From NCBI GenBank assembly GCA_030704615.1, contig CM060733.1, forward strand, positions 52,452,001-52,516,000: a DNA stretch of 64,000 nucleotides, read 5' to 3'. The position numbers were made by a program, and so were the translations under genes. Under the pieces are notes generated by a model that saw only the letters and a program-made list of their open reading frames with translations, was not told where the DNA came from and made no database searches. Positions 23,831 through 37,215 of the stretch are shown here, piece by piece. The DNA comes from Takakia lepidozioides (lineage: Eukaryota; Plantae; Bryophyta). How positions within the stretch are numbered: position 1 is the stretch's first letter; each line of letters starts with the position of its first letter.

Positions 23831-24775
23831 TCATTGCATTCATTTGCGTTACGTTAAGGGCATATATTTATATTCTACAAGCTCGTTATGTGCTCATAAT
23901 GTGTCTGTAGACAATAGCGGATCGTTCCACAACCTCTCAACTCCGAAGGAATGAGCCGAGTCTGACCTTATCGCAGGTGGATGGGTAGTCCTAAACCCAA
24001 TGTTAACCCATCACTTCCGAGATATGGAAGGAACGGAAGGGTCGGTATGGAGGAAGTTTTCGTTCCTTGGCGGTCTGCACCGTGGGGCCCAATGCGAAGT
24101 CCGCCACGATAAAACGGACAAATTACACCGAGTAGGATGAGAAAGGGATGTGACTGTGAGCTATGGTATAATCAGGTGTTCGACTCGTATGATACTTTGA
24201 ACATACCAGACTGGTACTAGTACATAGACCTCCGTCCGATTGCGATACCACCCGTTTGGTGTTTGTGGAATACCCCCAATCCGTCACCTGCTATATCTCC
24301 CCTTTCTTTTTGCCTCGATTTCTAATTCCGGAAGGTCTATAGTATCTTGTGAGATTAATATCTAATCCTCTCACGCGATGTGCAGGAAATTTGCGGCGAC
24401 CATTCACTGTCGTTGGAGAATATCCATTTCTACGTACGGTACCCAAAAACTATATCTGCTAGTGATACCATAGTACGTGAGAGCTACATCAATTTCATGC
24501 ACAAATACAGAGGTCCACTTGCTTTTGAAGAAGCATAAGTATGACAAGTACTACAGCCTTACCTTCTTTGTAGATCGAGAAAATTTCCAAACAAAAATAA
24601 CAATTACTCGAGCTACCACCATCGAGTTATAACATCCACCCATACCGCCTTTGCTTCGAAAGTGAATCCCGACATCAGTCTTCCACCTTTGTTTACGTTA
24701 CGCTATATCCAACTTGAGCGACAGATCTACAGACTAATGGTTGGTATAATTACATCTTCAGGAGTCTTTGTTATG

Positions 24776-27700
24776 TTACTGGGCAAGCTCTATCTGGATG
24801 GATTGAATGATGATGGTCGTATCCTTGCTTTTGGGCACAAGACTGACCAGGACGCTGGACTCCTTCTCAAGGCCAAGCTGCTTCAGCTTTGAGCTGATGC
24901 CTACCTTGAAGGAATACTCACGGCTATAAGTGTGTTCTCGAGAATCTCCAGCACTTGGATAGGGATAGAAAGCGCCTGCATACTCTGTACAACTCCATGG
25001 TGTATGCTCATCCACCTCGGGTAAGTTCAAAAACAAAACAAACCCTACTGGTTTACCTGACGTTAACCTTATGCCTTCAATGGCAAGGAGCTCTTCTTGA
25101 AATCCAGGTTCCTCTTGTTGCAACCCAAAAGCTTTAGGCTCCCTGGTTTGAATGATTATGGGCACTGGCCTTGAAATGTGAGCCTGGAAAACTGCACCAG
25201 TAAGAGTGATGTTTCGAATCTGTACAATTTCTGTGGCAATCGAATTACAACCCTTGGTTGTTCGCTCTGTCTGCCATGAAGGGACGATGAACCTTGCAAG
25301 CTTGGTGATACCCCTCATGAGTTGCTCCAACAACTCTGGAGCACAATCTGCAGACACTGAAACTGGAGCCGGCTTGGTGCTCAGACGGGTAGAATTGAAC
25401 AATAGCCAGTCATTCTCTACCTCTTCGTACTTGTAGCGAAATTTTTCCATATCAAGAGAATCTGCTACCTGTACAAACCAATCAGCAGTGTCTTCACTGT
25501 TACTTAACCATTCCAATTTTGGACCAAAGCTGTTCGAACTTTGTAGACGTAGATGCACATATTAACCGTTCTAGAAGGCGAGATAAGGAAAACCAACCGT
25601 CACTCGAACAAGGTCAGCGTTTTCATCGTAGAAGACAAACTCCGAATTGAGCCAGTCGGGGTCAGTAAAGTCGCCACGTTGACCTCCTGGCAGGTGCTTC
25701 CAGAGATCCCATAAACGGTCCACATTGGCGTGATGTGCATAAAAAAGGGGATCTCTTCCTGAAGAAAAGGCTAGGGCCATATCCTCACTTTGTGCCTCCC
25801 TCTCATCTCCTGCCCCCACATGTACACAGAATCAGATAAATCGCCACAGCTCGCGACTACTACCGCTCGCATTATATCCTCGTATTGTGACCACCGTTAC
25901 TGCATTTAAGAAGGCTCCCAGGAACTAGAAAATGGCGACTTTGAGGGCTCTAGTGTTTCGAATCAAATTGCGTGGGCGCCTTCCAAGGCTTATAAACAAC
26001 AACGCTTCTGTAACCGTTGCTTGCATTTGACGCCAAAGACTCTCACCACAAAAGCACAGGATCTCAGAGTAAGAACTACGAACCTGTCCAAAAGTGGACA
26101 GCGGCATGGGGGTGACCCTCGAAGACGGCACCAACATTGGGTCGAGCGTCGCCTGCGCGGATAGCACCCCCAAGAAACAGGAGCGGGGTGGGAGCGGCGC
26201 TCACTACGCCGGTGTACAGAATGTTTCTATTGATCGCCCGCTGCTCCTCCGGGCTGGCGACTGCGGCTGTCGGGTCGTAGCGGCCTTGGAAGGAAAGGTC
26301 GATAATGGTGGGGGGCTGGTGGGCCAGGCTGCGTTTCGCGTCGAACAGCCCGACGTTTCGGCGGTCTTGGTAAATGGAGGGGAACACGTTGGAGGGCGGG
26401 TGGACGTCGGCCTGGTTGTCCCATTGCCAGAAGGGCAGCGCGAAGGTGTCGTCGTCCAACAGCCTTGCGAGTATTCGCTCGTGAAAGTAGACGTACCAGC
26501 GATGGAAGGGCATCAGCAGCCAGTTGCTGTGCACATCAAACACCTCCGTGGAGTTCACTTGCCTGCGATGGTAAGAAGTGGCATCCAGTGTTAGATAATT
26601 GAGAGCAACAGTCTCAACAAGTCTGTGGCCTGTAATGTAGCTACTTGGAAGCTCAATGATCTTTCGGAGAGGCAATGCATTATAGCTGAAGTCTTCTTGA
26701 TGTACCAGCAACTTCGAAAACATTGCTGTATAACCTTGTAGCTAATGCCTCGATGTCCAATTCAAATCCGTTAAAAGCTGCATTTCATTCCTCATTGCTT
26801 ACAAATGAGTACGATGTAAAGTGGTCTCTCTCCTCTCGCTCCAGAACATAAGAATGGGGCAAAGAGTATTCCACCAACTATGTGATGGGTACTGACAAGG
26901 AGAAAACAACGAAAAGTTTAAAGACGAGCCCCATGAAGGATATAAAATTGTGCGCACCCTACACAGATCCTAAGTAGTTTGAAGGTGTATCACATGGACG
27001 TCCTGTTCTTGTTTAAGTAGCATGCGGATGGGTGCCATGCTCAAGTGAGAAAGACACAAGTTCTCCTAGAGGGACATCAGACGTGATATGAAGAAGGAAA
27101 GCTGATGAGGAATATGTTTCTACATGTATTTGAATCAAGTCATGCTCTCAACGAAACAGCCGAATATTGTCAAATGAGATTTTCAAGAGATAAAACTACA
27201 ATGCAAGGAGGATAGGGCAAACACAAAGAGGTACCGGTTCTTTAGACTTCCACAGCCTTTCCCATAAGAAGTACTTTGTACTGCGATTAGACAAGATCAA
27301 CCTGCTCATAGGATAGAAGAGTCATGGGACTCTACACCACAAAATTGACTATCGGGGTCGAGAGGACTCACTCAGAGAAACGCGTTCAATAAAATGAGGG
27401 AGAGAAACTACTGCCAGGGAGAAGTTTTAAGAATGCTTGCCTGTAAACTTTGGAACAGTAGGCACAGTGAAGGTTGGACTGACGAAGGAACGATCGGGGG
27501 TCATCATCTGGAAGCGCTTTCATCAGCTCGTATGCTCGATTGAGCTTCTCTACGTACGCCTGATCCACGCTGTGTGTGGACCGCCTTACCCGCATAGGCA
27601 AGTCTGTGTTGAATTGAAACTTGATTTCGGGTCTCTTGGGGGGCAGAAAGCAGCAGTCTAGTGGAACCCCGTTTTCCATAATAGGTTTGCACCTGGTCAA

Positions 27701-27835
27701 GTCTGGGCCTGGCAATGGAGCGGCATGCACAGTATGCATCTTCCTACTACACCACGCTATGGATACTAGCATAATCGCCCACAACAATTTCGATGTGCCC
27801 AATCCACATCCCGGATGCAGTCCTTCCCTACCCAT
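24776..27835 (-). CDS. PPO: Polyphenol oxidase (type-3 copper tyrosinase family); 4 coding exons: 27835-27441, 26562-26084, 25809-25598, 25468-24776
   Basis: CuA LHCAYC + VHSNWLLMPFHRWY; CuB HPHAAVH + DPLFYAHHANVDRLW; DWL and KFDV-like C-terminal domains (EELLAIEGI...FLNLP...EYAGAF). Splice phases are consistent and the N-terminus is hydrophobic. Confidence 0.95.
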
Positions 27836-28460
27836 AGTTGTTGTCCACGAACCCAGAGACCAACGAAGATATCAGCTGGACCTGTGAGAGAGAGACTAAA
27901 TGACATGAATGGGAAGCCTTGAACTGATATTTCGGGTTCTCCTTGAAGGTGCAGAGTTTTGGAGATGCCCAGCTGTGCCGTGCAAACAGCTCAGGAAACG
28001 GCGGCGGCCTGCTCCGACTGTAGACAGCTGTACCAGAGAGTTTCCAAACCCCGACCTATCATCACCACAGGAGTTTCCAGAGCAGTTCACTGAATTAGCA
28101 GCTGGAGCCTGGTGCTACTTTTGTTGCTCTCTGACAAGCGTCGTTATGGCTGCACCTGGATTGTACATGCACTTGATGTTCAACGGTTTGGCGAATAAAT
28201 ATAAGTTTCTGCCTTTCACGTTAGTCTTTAACGATCTGTCTAAACCAAGCTACTGGCCCGTTGTTTCACATGGCGTATCCGGAATCCCAAAACAGCCATA
28301 CAGATATTAATATTTAGTTACTAGGGTTAATATGATAAATTATGATAAATTAATATTTATACCAATATTAGATGCAAGAAACCGTAGGACAAGATTCCTC
28401 AAACTCCAATTGTAGAGAATATTCTCCAGCTTGATGTAGGATCCTCTATTCGGTAAAATC

Positions 28461-28968
28461 CAGTGTTGGACTGGTATCAAGTTTCTTACATACCAGACTG
28501 GTCCTGGTACCAGGCGTATCACAAAGTTTTCATACCAGTCTGGTCTATATAATGGTGGATGTATATTTGTCCAAATACTGGTATGAGTATGAGTATCATG
28601 ACCACAATACCAGCTGGTGTGAGGTATCAACTCTGGTATCATCCTTTATGTGTATTGTATTTATTTTCACTTGATATTTGCTATTTGATAAACTTGTAAT
28701 TCAAGATGGCTTTAGAAGTAAATATACATAAATACAAATGTATAGACAAATGTACACATAAATTAATATGGTACACATACCAGAGTAAATGAGGTAGACT
28801 GGGGGGGGAGTACTGGTACTGTGGCTGGTATGAAAAAACTGATACCAGCCTGGTCTGGTATATGACCAAGTATTCTCCCAAACGATACCAGACTGGTCTG
28901 GTATCTAATACCAGTGCATAGACCAGTACTTTATACCAGTCCTTCACCTATATACCAGTCCAACACTG
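28461..28968. mobile_element. hAT MITE subfamily B, intact, upstream of PPO
   Basis: Perfect TIR CAGTGTTGGACTGGTAT...ATACCAGTCCAACACTG; perfect 8-bp TSD GTAAAATC (28453-28460, 28969-28976). Confidence 0.96.
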
Positions 28969-29896
28969 GTAAAATCCCGCTGTATTTTTTCTGGACATTA
29001 TTGGCTGGTTCAACCCAAGCAAAAACAGGTATAATAGCGCAAATTAGTGTATACATACTTTTTTTTTTTCTTGAAACAGTGGACAATTATATACAATTTT
29101 TTGTCCATAGATATACCTTTGATTAGAACCGAAACAAATCCCAAATTAAAATACAGCGAATGGATCTTAAGTGGAAAGAACCCTAGTCCGTGCAAAAGAT
29201 TATTTATCCTGGTAAGGGATTCTCTAATATAAGAATATGAGGATGGCTGGAAGCTGGAGTTTTAAGGAATATTCTATGATCTCAAGTACTCGGAAAGGAT
29301 TTTGGGGGCAGATTATGCCTTTTTTGAGGCAAATTAGGAAGCAGGAGATCGTCGCTGCACGGCGCTGGTGCATTCGTAAAAGGCCATCGTCTGAAACCTT
29401 CTCCTATGTTGCCTTCCGTCCACTGTTTTTTTTCTCATTTACCGCACTCTACTGTGTTGTGTGGGGTGGAGGTTTTCTGGGCACCCTTCATTATGTAGGG
29501 CAGTTTTTTTCTAGACCTTCAATGTGAGGGATTTAACTCGACATTTCATTTTGCAGGGCTCTGTTGACAATTGCCTTCAAATTTTCGGGGAAATTGCCTC
29601 TTCAAGGCGTCTTCCCCTCTCGCTTGTGGTAATACGATTTGGCATGCATTGGCAAGATGTGTGAGACGGCCTGCATGCCCCACTAGCTGCCTCGACTTTA
29701 TGACATTGTTGCACTGTCTCAATTGCCGCACCATGGGTAGGGAATTCCAAAAAGACCTTGATGTGAAATGTATAGCTACTAGCAATTCACTTGATCATCC
29801 CCGTGAAAGTGCGCAATTCAACGTGCGCAAAAGTGCTAAAACTAGCTTGAAAACAACCCTAATGTGCAATTCAATTGAATTGTAATCTATTATTTT

Positions 29897-30637
29897 AAAC
29901 TTATTTTGTATATAATATATATTACATATATGTATATATTCAAGTTATACTATACACATATGAGAGTATAAGCTAAAAATACATATTGCCCAACTATTCT
30001 TGTTGCCCCTCTATCTTGTGCCCTTGAGGAAATTGTGGAGTTGTGAATCTAGTCTCAACGAGAGAAGGAGAGCCAAAGAGGGAGCTAGGGAGGGAGAGAG
30101 ATCAGTAGCCTCCTGTGATTCAATGGCAAAAGAAACATGGCTGGCTCTCAAAGAGACAGACAAAATCAAACCTGACAATTTATTAAAGGCTTCCCCTGCA
30201 TCATCATGTAGTGCCCTGGCACTAGTATCTGCCCAAGGGACACAACCGCTGAGAAAACAAATGACCTGTTCATCTTGAGAATTATCAAAAATAATATTAT
30301 TTCGATACCCTTATAAAGGTATCATGTTGAAGTTGGGATGTGAGTTCCATACAAAGTCTAATATATCAAACCCTTATGTTGATACTCTTATATTGGTATC
30401 ATGTTTGGTATATGTACATAGCCATATATTGGCACCAACATCCACAAAGAGGGATAATCAAGCTTTTAGGGCAAGCGCTTCGTCACTTCCTCTCTCTCTC
30501 CCTCTCTCACTCTCCCTTAGGCTAATCTCGTACTCAGGCCTTACCACGGGCAAAGAATAGACAAGCAACATGTATTTTCAGCTTATACTTTTGTATGGCA
30601 TATATATATTATATACATTATACACAGAAATAAGTTT
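29897..30637. mobile_element. Fold-back/MITE-like element with long AT-rich imperfect inverted repeats
   Basis: aaacttattttgtatataat...agtataagctaaaaatacatattg...ctattctttg versus caaagaatag...caacatgtattttcagcttatact...cagaaataagttt. No clear TSD. Confidence 0.65.
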
Positions 30638-31101
30638 GTGCAACATATCGCAGGTGTTGGAGGGTGGAGCACAAAACTTTGGCATGTATTATATTTAATA
30701 TCCTAACAGAAGATGACATTCGAGCGGTGTATCCATTTTTACCGTCAATGGACTATGCATATGAGGACGACTGGCTTGTCAATGGGTAGTTCTTATATGC
30801 ATGTTCACAGGGTGCATACAATGTGAACTTGTGTGAGTGAGAAGGCAATGCAAGAAAACAGTGTTGTGTTGTTTGCTTTAGTTAAGAAGCACATGAAGAA
30901 ATTTTCACAATGATGCACATCATTGTAGGCATGTCAGGATAGTGTGTAGAATGAAATTGAGCATTGCAATGACAGAACAAAACTTTTCATTTCAGTTTGC
31001 TGCAACAACTGTACCGAGTTTTGGTCCTAGGCTGCGAAAGGTGGGTAGCAAGGTTAAGAATGGATTCAGCACATGACAACATGGTGGACAATATTATTTG
31101 C

Positions 31102-32003
31102 TCATTCAATGAAATCTTGCAGCGTGGACATTCGAAAGCATTGTACTGACATACCTGGTGGGCAAGGAAGCCACCCCATGTCCAAGTCCTCACGATACCT
31201 CAACATTTCAGTAAATTCAAGGATGGCTGTATCAACCCCCATTCCTGGTTGTCCCCCTCCACACCACAAGACCTCAAAAGTTGTACGATTAACAATGGCA
31301 AGGTCACGGATAGTCCTGCATCTGACTTGCTGCATAAAAGCCTGCAGCGATTGTATGACGCGGTCTTGGTCGTCTTTCTGTCTCTCCAGAAGGTCTGCCA
31401 CAGAGTCCAGCACCTCCCTTCGAGCCTGCTCGTATGGTGCCATGCAACCATATAGAAAGTATCTAATCTCAAGAAAATTATTGGCTGCATTTGTAATGGC
31501 CATGTGACCCTCGGGTGTGTTTAGAAGTTGGTGGAGGAGGTCGCGCAACACAGAGTTCCTTGGTGTGGACAAGGAAATTGTCTTCTGAACGTGACACATC
31601 CAAATGAGACGCAACACCCGCATGAACCGGGTGTTTTCGGAGGTGGTGCTGTGTTTCAACTTCCTGCCAAAATGGCCATGAACATGTGGGCTTCCTCCCG
31701 CAAATGTGTGAACATATTATTTGAGAGCTTTGGGATGTCACCCGCCTTGATAATTTTGAAAAGTGGGGACCAACCCCATTTACTCTCATGTATTTCGTCA
31801 TTGACCTGTCTGTCCCATTTATGCAATCCAGCCTCCACAAACTGAGTTCTTGTACTCTCCAATGCAGCCTGAGCAGCAACCTCCTTCATGTCACAATCCA
31901 TGATGGCAGCCCTGTACTTGTGGTATTTGACAACATCATTGCACTCAGCGTATTGAGCTGCATGGTCAGGAGTAAAACCAGGACGTATTGAAAAGAATGC
32001 CAA
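31102..32003 (-). pseudogene. Orphan ORF pair (115 + 185 aa, likely one frameshifted gene), probable transposon cargo
   Basis: Overlapping minus-strand ORFs meeting at about 31657; protein-like composition; no recognised motif. Confidence 0.4.
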
Positions 32004-34549
32004 TGTCTTGCGAAGAAGTGTCTCCTCCTGGGGTGGTGCATCATGCTGCTACCACACCATGAAACATATTTGTACTGACATTAGAACATACCCCTCCCAT
32101 AATGAAGGTCATGGACAGAAAAGCAATCCAAACAGGCACATTACAATGCATGAAAACAAACCCATGCAAAACAATTTGTTCAAATTCAAATGCATATAAG
32201 ATAATGGTGATGGAGATCATGAGTTGCAAACGTTGTGGCCAGTTCAGTGAAAGATATGCCCCGCAAAAAAGCGCTTTCAGAGGAGGTTCTTAGCAGCGTC
32301 AGTCTTTCATGTTTCATGTTTCTCATTTGCTTTGGTTACACACCCTTCACCCGCTTTTTTCATGTAAGTAGCGCTTGGATCTTGGGCAACACGATTTGGA
32401 AGGACGTGTACGTATACCGAAACGCCTTCCTTTTCATTTGCTTTGTTGCGCGACTGCTTTTCTCATGCTCGGTTGCTTCTGTTGATCTGTATAAAGACAA
32501 AAAAAAAATTAAACGTTCACAGGACAAATGGGTGTGCTGTTGTTGGGAAGGGTGGGGGTAAACTAAAAATGTACCCTGTGTTTGAAGCCAGTCAGAGGGC
32601 GTTGATGGAGACTGTTCTGAAGGACCATGGGCATCTGCCGCGCAAAAACTCGCGGGCGAAGGTGGGCCGGGAGGACAGTGGGGGTGAAGACGAATTTCAG
32701 CCAGAAATGAAGCGGAGGAGGCATTTGCGGCTACTAGCTAAGGACTCCCATGTACCTCTTCAAGCGGGGGACTTGGGCAATGGACGAGGAAACTATCATG
32801 CTGCCAGACCCACCAACGAGGACACATACAGAGGCACCAACTCTGGATCAGTTGATCAAGTCTGCTTTGCTTCAATCCATGACTAGAGAAGAGGCCAAAC
32901 AAGCCTTTGTGGCACCTTCTCTGATACTGAAATCTGACATTGTCGTGCCCCCCAAACCTGCACCTGTTGCACGCCCAGGTCTCAGCTACCTCATGGACTA
33001 CAATTTGTTGTCAGGTGAAGGGAACCCATCAGGCCCACCCCTGCTTTTTAGAAAGTCTTGCTGCACTTGTGGGGAGCGCGGAATTTGCTAATAGTATGAC
33101 GGGTAAAGCGTATGGTCAATGGTTCGTCCGACACATGGTAATACCTCTTCTAATCCTCTCCTGCACTGACCGCCCTCTTTTTTCTGTTATGCATGTTTTT
33201 CCATCTGTGAGCACGCATTTAAGTCTGTGGAATGGTCATGTTCCCTTGCATTTGTATTCCAACATCTATATTGTAAGGTTGTTCCTCTTGGAGGCACATG
33301 TATACGCATGTAGCTGAAGCCCATGGCGTTCTCTTCACCATGCATATTGGTGTGAGATTATTGCACATGATGTTTCCAGAACACGCACTACGGCATCGAT
33401 AGAGACGGTTGCACGGTTCAAGTGACGTGGTTGAGGAGAGACGTTCCCTCGCATACGAAGCGTCGCCTTCAGCGTCGGTGTAAGCAGTTGACAATCACTT
33501 CCGCAAAGCACGATCATGTCCTAATCTGTATGCAATTATGAACAATGCATGTATGAGCAGACATGCATACATGTGGGACGACGCATGCATGTATGACAAC
33601 CTTCACATATGGATGCATGCATCGTGGTAATACAATTGAAGTAAAACCGTTTCATGTATTACGTGGGTGACAGCCTCACAGGGATGGAGGCCAGGCGGGG
33701 GAGACAGGAAGCCCAATTGCGGCGACTGCGGGTCGCCGCGTTGCCACCAAGGGGGTAGGGGGGGGGGGGGGGGGGGGGGGGGGGTGAGGGGGGCCACCTA
33801 GGCAGCCCCATTGATGGCGCATTAAACTCCAGGGCCTCTTCTATTACTTGCCATTGCGATGCGTTTCACATCAAGGTCCCTACCATCAGACCCACATATC
33901 ACATGTTCGCTGTCTGTGCCCAAGTTTCTGCGTCTGAAATGAACTACCCAAAAATTTAGGAGTGCTTTACGAGATACGGAAGGGAAGGACTTACCTGTTA
34001 GAGGGAGGGAGGGAGGGAGGTGGGCGGCGGCGTTAGTCTGAACTGTGGGGCCAGTGTGGGGCTCCGCCACGATAGGATGAGACGGACAAATGACAGCTCG
34101 TGTGAATCTGCGTGCATAGAGATGAGGCTACTTCAACAGTCAACTGCTTTGAGTCCCGTTCCTTGTTTGGAGGTTCCTTTCTTTCTTTCAAGTCTTTTTT
34201 CCAAGGGCTGAGCTGTGGGACATACTAAGTTTGGGTAAACCTAGACGGAGCCATGTTTAGTTGTATTGGGGCCGAATTTTGCAGCATTGTGCTAACTGAG
34301 TGAGGGTGGTTGACGAAGAGTAAGAAGATTGTATCACAAGACAGCTCGGTATTTTGCATCTACAAGACTTTACAGTAGGCTCAGCAGTGTACTTTCAGAT
34401 CCTCTCTACAGAGTAAGATCTTCATGAGAGTATGAATCAAACGATTAGATACCATCGAACACTAGCCTATTACTCCGTAGTCTATACATGTGCATTGAGA
34501 ACTATGTTCTAACTCACTGTGACATGACACGTGTTTGGTGATTTAAATG

Positions 34550-36531
34550 CCTCTTATTATAGATTAATAGAGTCTTTTGGGGCCCACACATGGTGGGGCC
34601 CGCAGAAAGGAGAGGGTCACCCCACCCGGCCCATGGGTCCCAGGGAGGGTCTGCGGGACGCCATAAAAATGATAGTTTTGGGCTGGCCTGGGGCGCTGCC
34701 CGAGGGTCTAGGCCATGGACCAAGCGAGGTCTGGGCCTGGGACTGGATGTCCTGCACCCCAGTCCATACAAGGAACTCATTGGGAACAAATTTCGGCCCG
34801 CTGCCCATCCTTTCCTATTGTCCTGGGGTTGCAGTGGCCTGGGCTTAGAAAGTCCGGGAAAGATTCTTTAGCCCTGGGTAAATATTCCCTGGACCCAGGA
34901 AAATATTATTTACCCTGGGATATGAAGACACCCGTGAAATATTCCAAACGAATATTCATTGATTGCCTTGGACTTCACACTTTCATCATATCCTTTGCAT
35001 ATGCTCAACACTCTTTCGGTTAATGTAATGTTTATCTGCAATCCTGCAGTGTCTGCACCAATGTCAAAATTATTCTTGCTTGTGTATTTCAAGGTTTTTC
35101 ATGTACAAAAAGTAGGCAACATACTGACCCGCTTTTGTCTGCAATCTGCACGAGTCTCCTTCAGGAGACTGAAGCGTGGTATCTGGGTAAGCTCTTGGCA
35201 AGGGATTTGGTCTTTGTGTGCATGCTAAATCTCGGTAAATGTGAATAGTGATTCCATTCTTTTCAAAGGTTGTAGAGTCGGTAGGGATAGCAAATTGTAG
35301 CTATTGGGGCATTGCATGGTAAGTCTTCCAGATGTGACCTTAGAATCTGAAAGTCCTTATGAAGTAGTCATTAGCCACGATTTGAAAAGGAGGCTGACTG
35401 GACAAGGACAAGTGGTGAAAAATCAAATTCCCCTCTATCCTCCTTCCCAACACGCGTGAAGAATGTACATGTGGTGCAAGTAGCCCTCGGAACCTTGAGA
35501 AGGCAACATTAATACTGCGATCCACCTATATCTTTTACCGCGATGGCTTCTCCGCGCCGTTCCAAGTGGGATTAGTCTTTTTGTTATGGGGCTTGGTAGT
35601 ACTAGCCGAGAGGTAGTATGCGATGCAGCTCATGTCAATACTCCAATTTTACCAGAATTGCCACCATTTGGCATTTGCTGCTGGAGCTCTGGAAATTAGC
35701 ACACCTCGAAAGCTTTTGCTATGGGGTTTTGCTTTGGTACATGGGCAGAGGGTAGTGTGGCAGAAGGTGTCAAGTATTGCGAGGAGTAGGCTAAGGTGGG
35801 AATGACTTCATATTTGCACAACCTTGTGGCTATAAACCTTGTGGTTATAAAGAATATTCCTTGGGTCCAGGGAAGATTTACCGGGTAGAGAATCTTTCAC
35901 GGACTTTCTAAGCCTGGGCCACTGCAACTCCAGGACAATAGGAAAGGACGGGCAGCGGCCGAAATTTGTTCCAATGAGTTCCCTGTATGGGCGGGGGTGC
36001 ATGACATCCAGTCCTAGGCCCAAATCTCGCTTGGTCCATGGCCTAGACCCCCGGGCAGCGCCCTAGGCCAGCCTAAAACTATCATTTTTATGGAGGCCCA
36101 CAACACGGCCTTTTTGCTATTCCCTAGAGGGTCTCCTCAGGCCAGACCAGCAGACAGCGGGAGGCCTCTCCGTAGGCCACCTATCCCAAGCCAACTGCAG
36201 AAATAAAGTAATAAAACTTTGACAATTGAAACTGGCAAGTATCCTATATATATATATATATACATATATATCCTAGTGATAGGTGTATCCATGCTGACAT
36301 GGATATACACAAAAGAATTGTTTTTTGAGAAGTTGGAAAAACTCATAAATTCTCAGAAAAATTCTAAAGTCCGGCATAAGGGAGCAGATCCTCTCTGGTC
36401 TGCCCCGATAAGTAGCGGAAGACCCTAGGGCATGGACCCTGACCATGATGGGGTGACCCTTTGTTTGGACTATGGCGGGGCCCACAGGCATCACGCTTGT
36501 GCATTCAAGACGCTATTAATCAAATGAGAGG
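34550..36531. mobile_element. ~2-kb fold-back (Mutator-like non-autonomous) element
   Basis: Inner ~245-bp inverted arms 34661-34907 and 35853-36093; more diverged outer inverted similarity (cctcttattatagattaatagagtctt versus aagacgctattaatcaaatgagagg). No TSD found. Confidence 0.75.
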
Positions 36532-36858
36532 GAAAAAAAACCTTCAAAGCCATGAATGACAATAAGCAAATGGGCAATTTGAACGCGAACTACAATTTAA
36601 TGTTGTTATACTATTTTAATTGGATTTCAACTTCCAATATTATTTCTTTTATTTATTTTCAAAAGATGGACGAGTATCAAACAATATTTTGACATTTTAT
36701 TCAAATACATGCAAGCATGCTCCTAATCTCATCTGGCCGCCACTGCCTATTTCAGTTGACAATGTATCCATGCACGATTCCTGGAGCTATCAATCCACAT
36801 AATCATGGGTACTTTTGTGCTTGGAATCTGGACCTCTTAGATGATTGTGGACTCACAC

Positions 36859-37215
36859 TCAGATCTCTGCTCCTTCACCTATCCCAGCCTTGGCACCACT
36901 AAACACATCGATCCTCTCTTTGCTGAACTTTAGATTCCATTTGGCTTTCCACCCATGTGGGGCATATGCTGCAATCATCAGCTTCCATGCTCGTTCAACC
37001 ATATTCTCGAACACTCCCTTTGCATCCTTCATGCTTCCACATTTGGCATACATTGTCATTAAGATAGAGTTCAGAATGACATAAAGTACAATTCCAGCTT
37101 TGACAACTTCACCATGGAGCTCTTTGCCCTTTTCTAAATTTGCCAAGCTCGTGCATGCATTGCAAATGTGACCTAGTTGCGCCTTGACCCTTCCCGCATC
37201 ATTTGCTCATAGGTC
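36859..37215 (-). pseudogene. PPR repeat fragment
   Basis: TYEQMMREG...LANLEKGKELHGEVVKAGIVLYVILNSILMTMYAKCGSMKDAKGVFENMVER. Confidence 0.85.

Noticed and set aside
23935-24470. 5S-rRNA-like words (AACTCCGAAG...GGATGGGT) and a minus-strand TGGTATCA, suggesting a Cassandra TRIM
   Set aside because: Only two short matches, orientation opposite to the PBS-like word, and no LTR pair found.
33752-33793. Poly-G tract as a functional G-quadruplex (and poly-A 22967-22993 as a retrocopy tail)
   Set aside because: Homopolymer length is unreliable in this assembly, and no TSD or parent sequence is evident for the poly-A.
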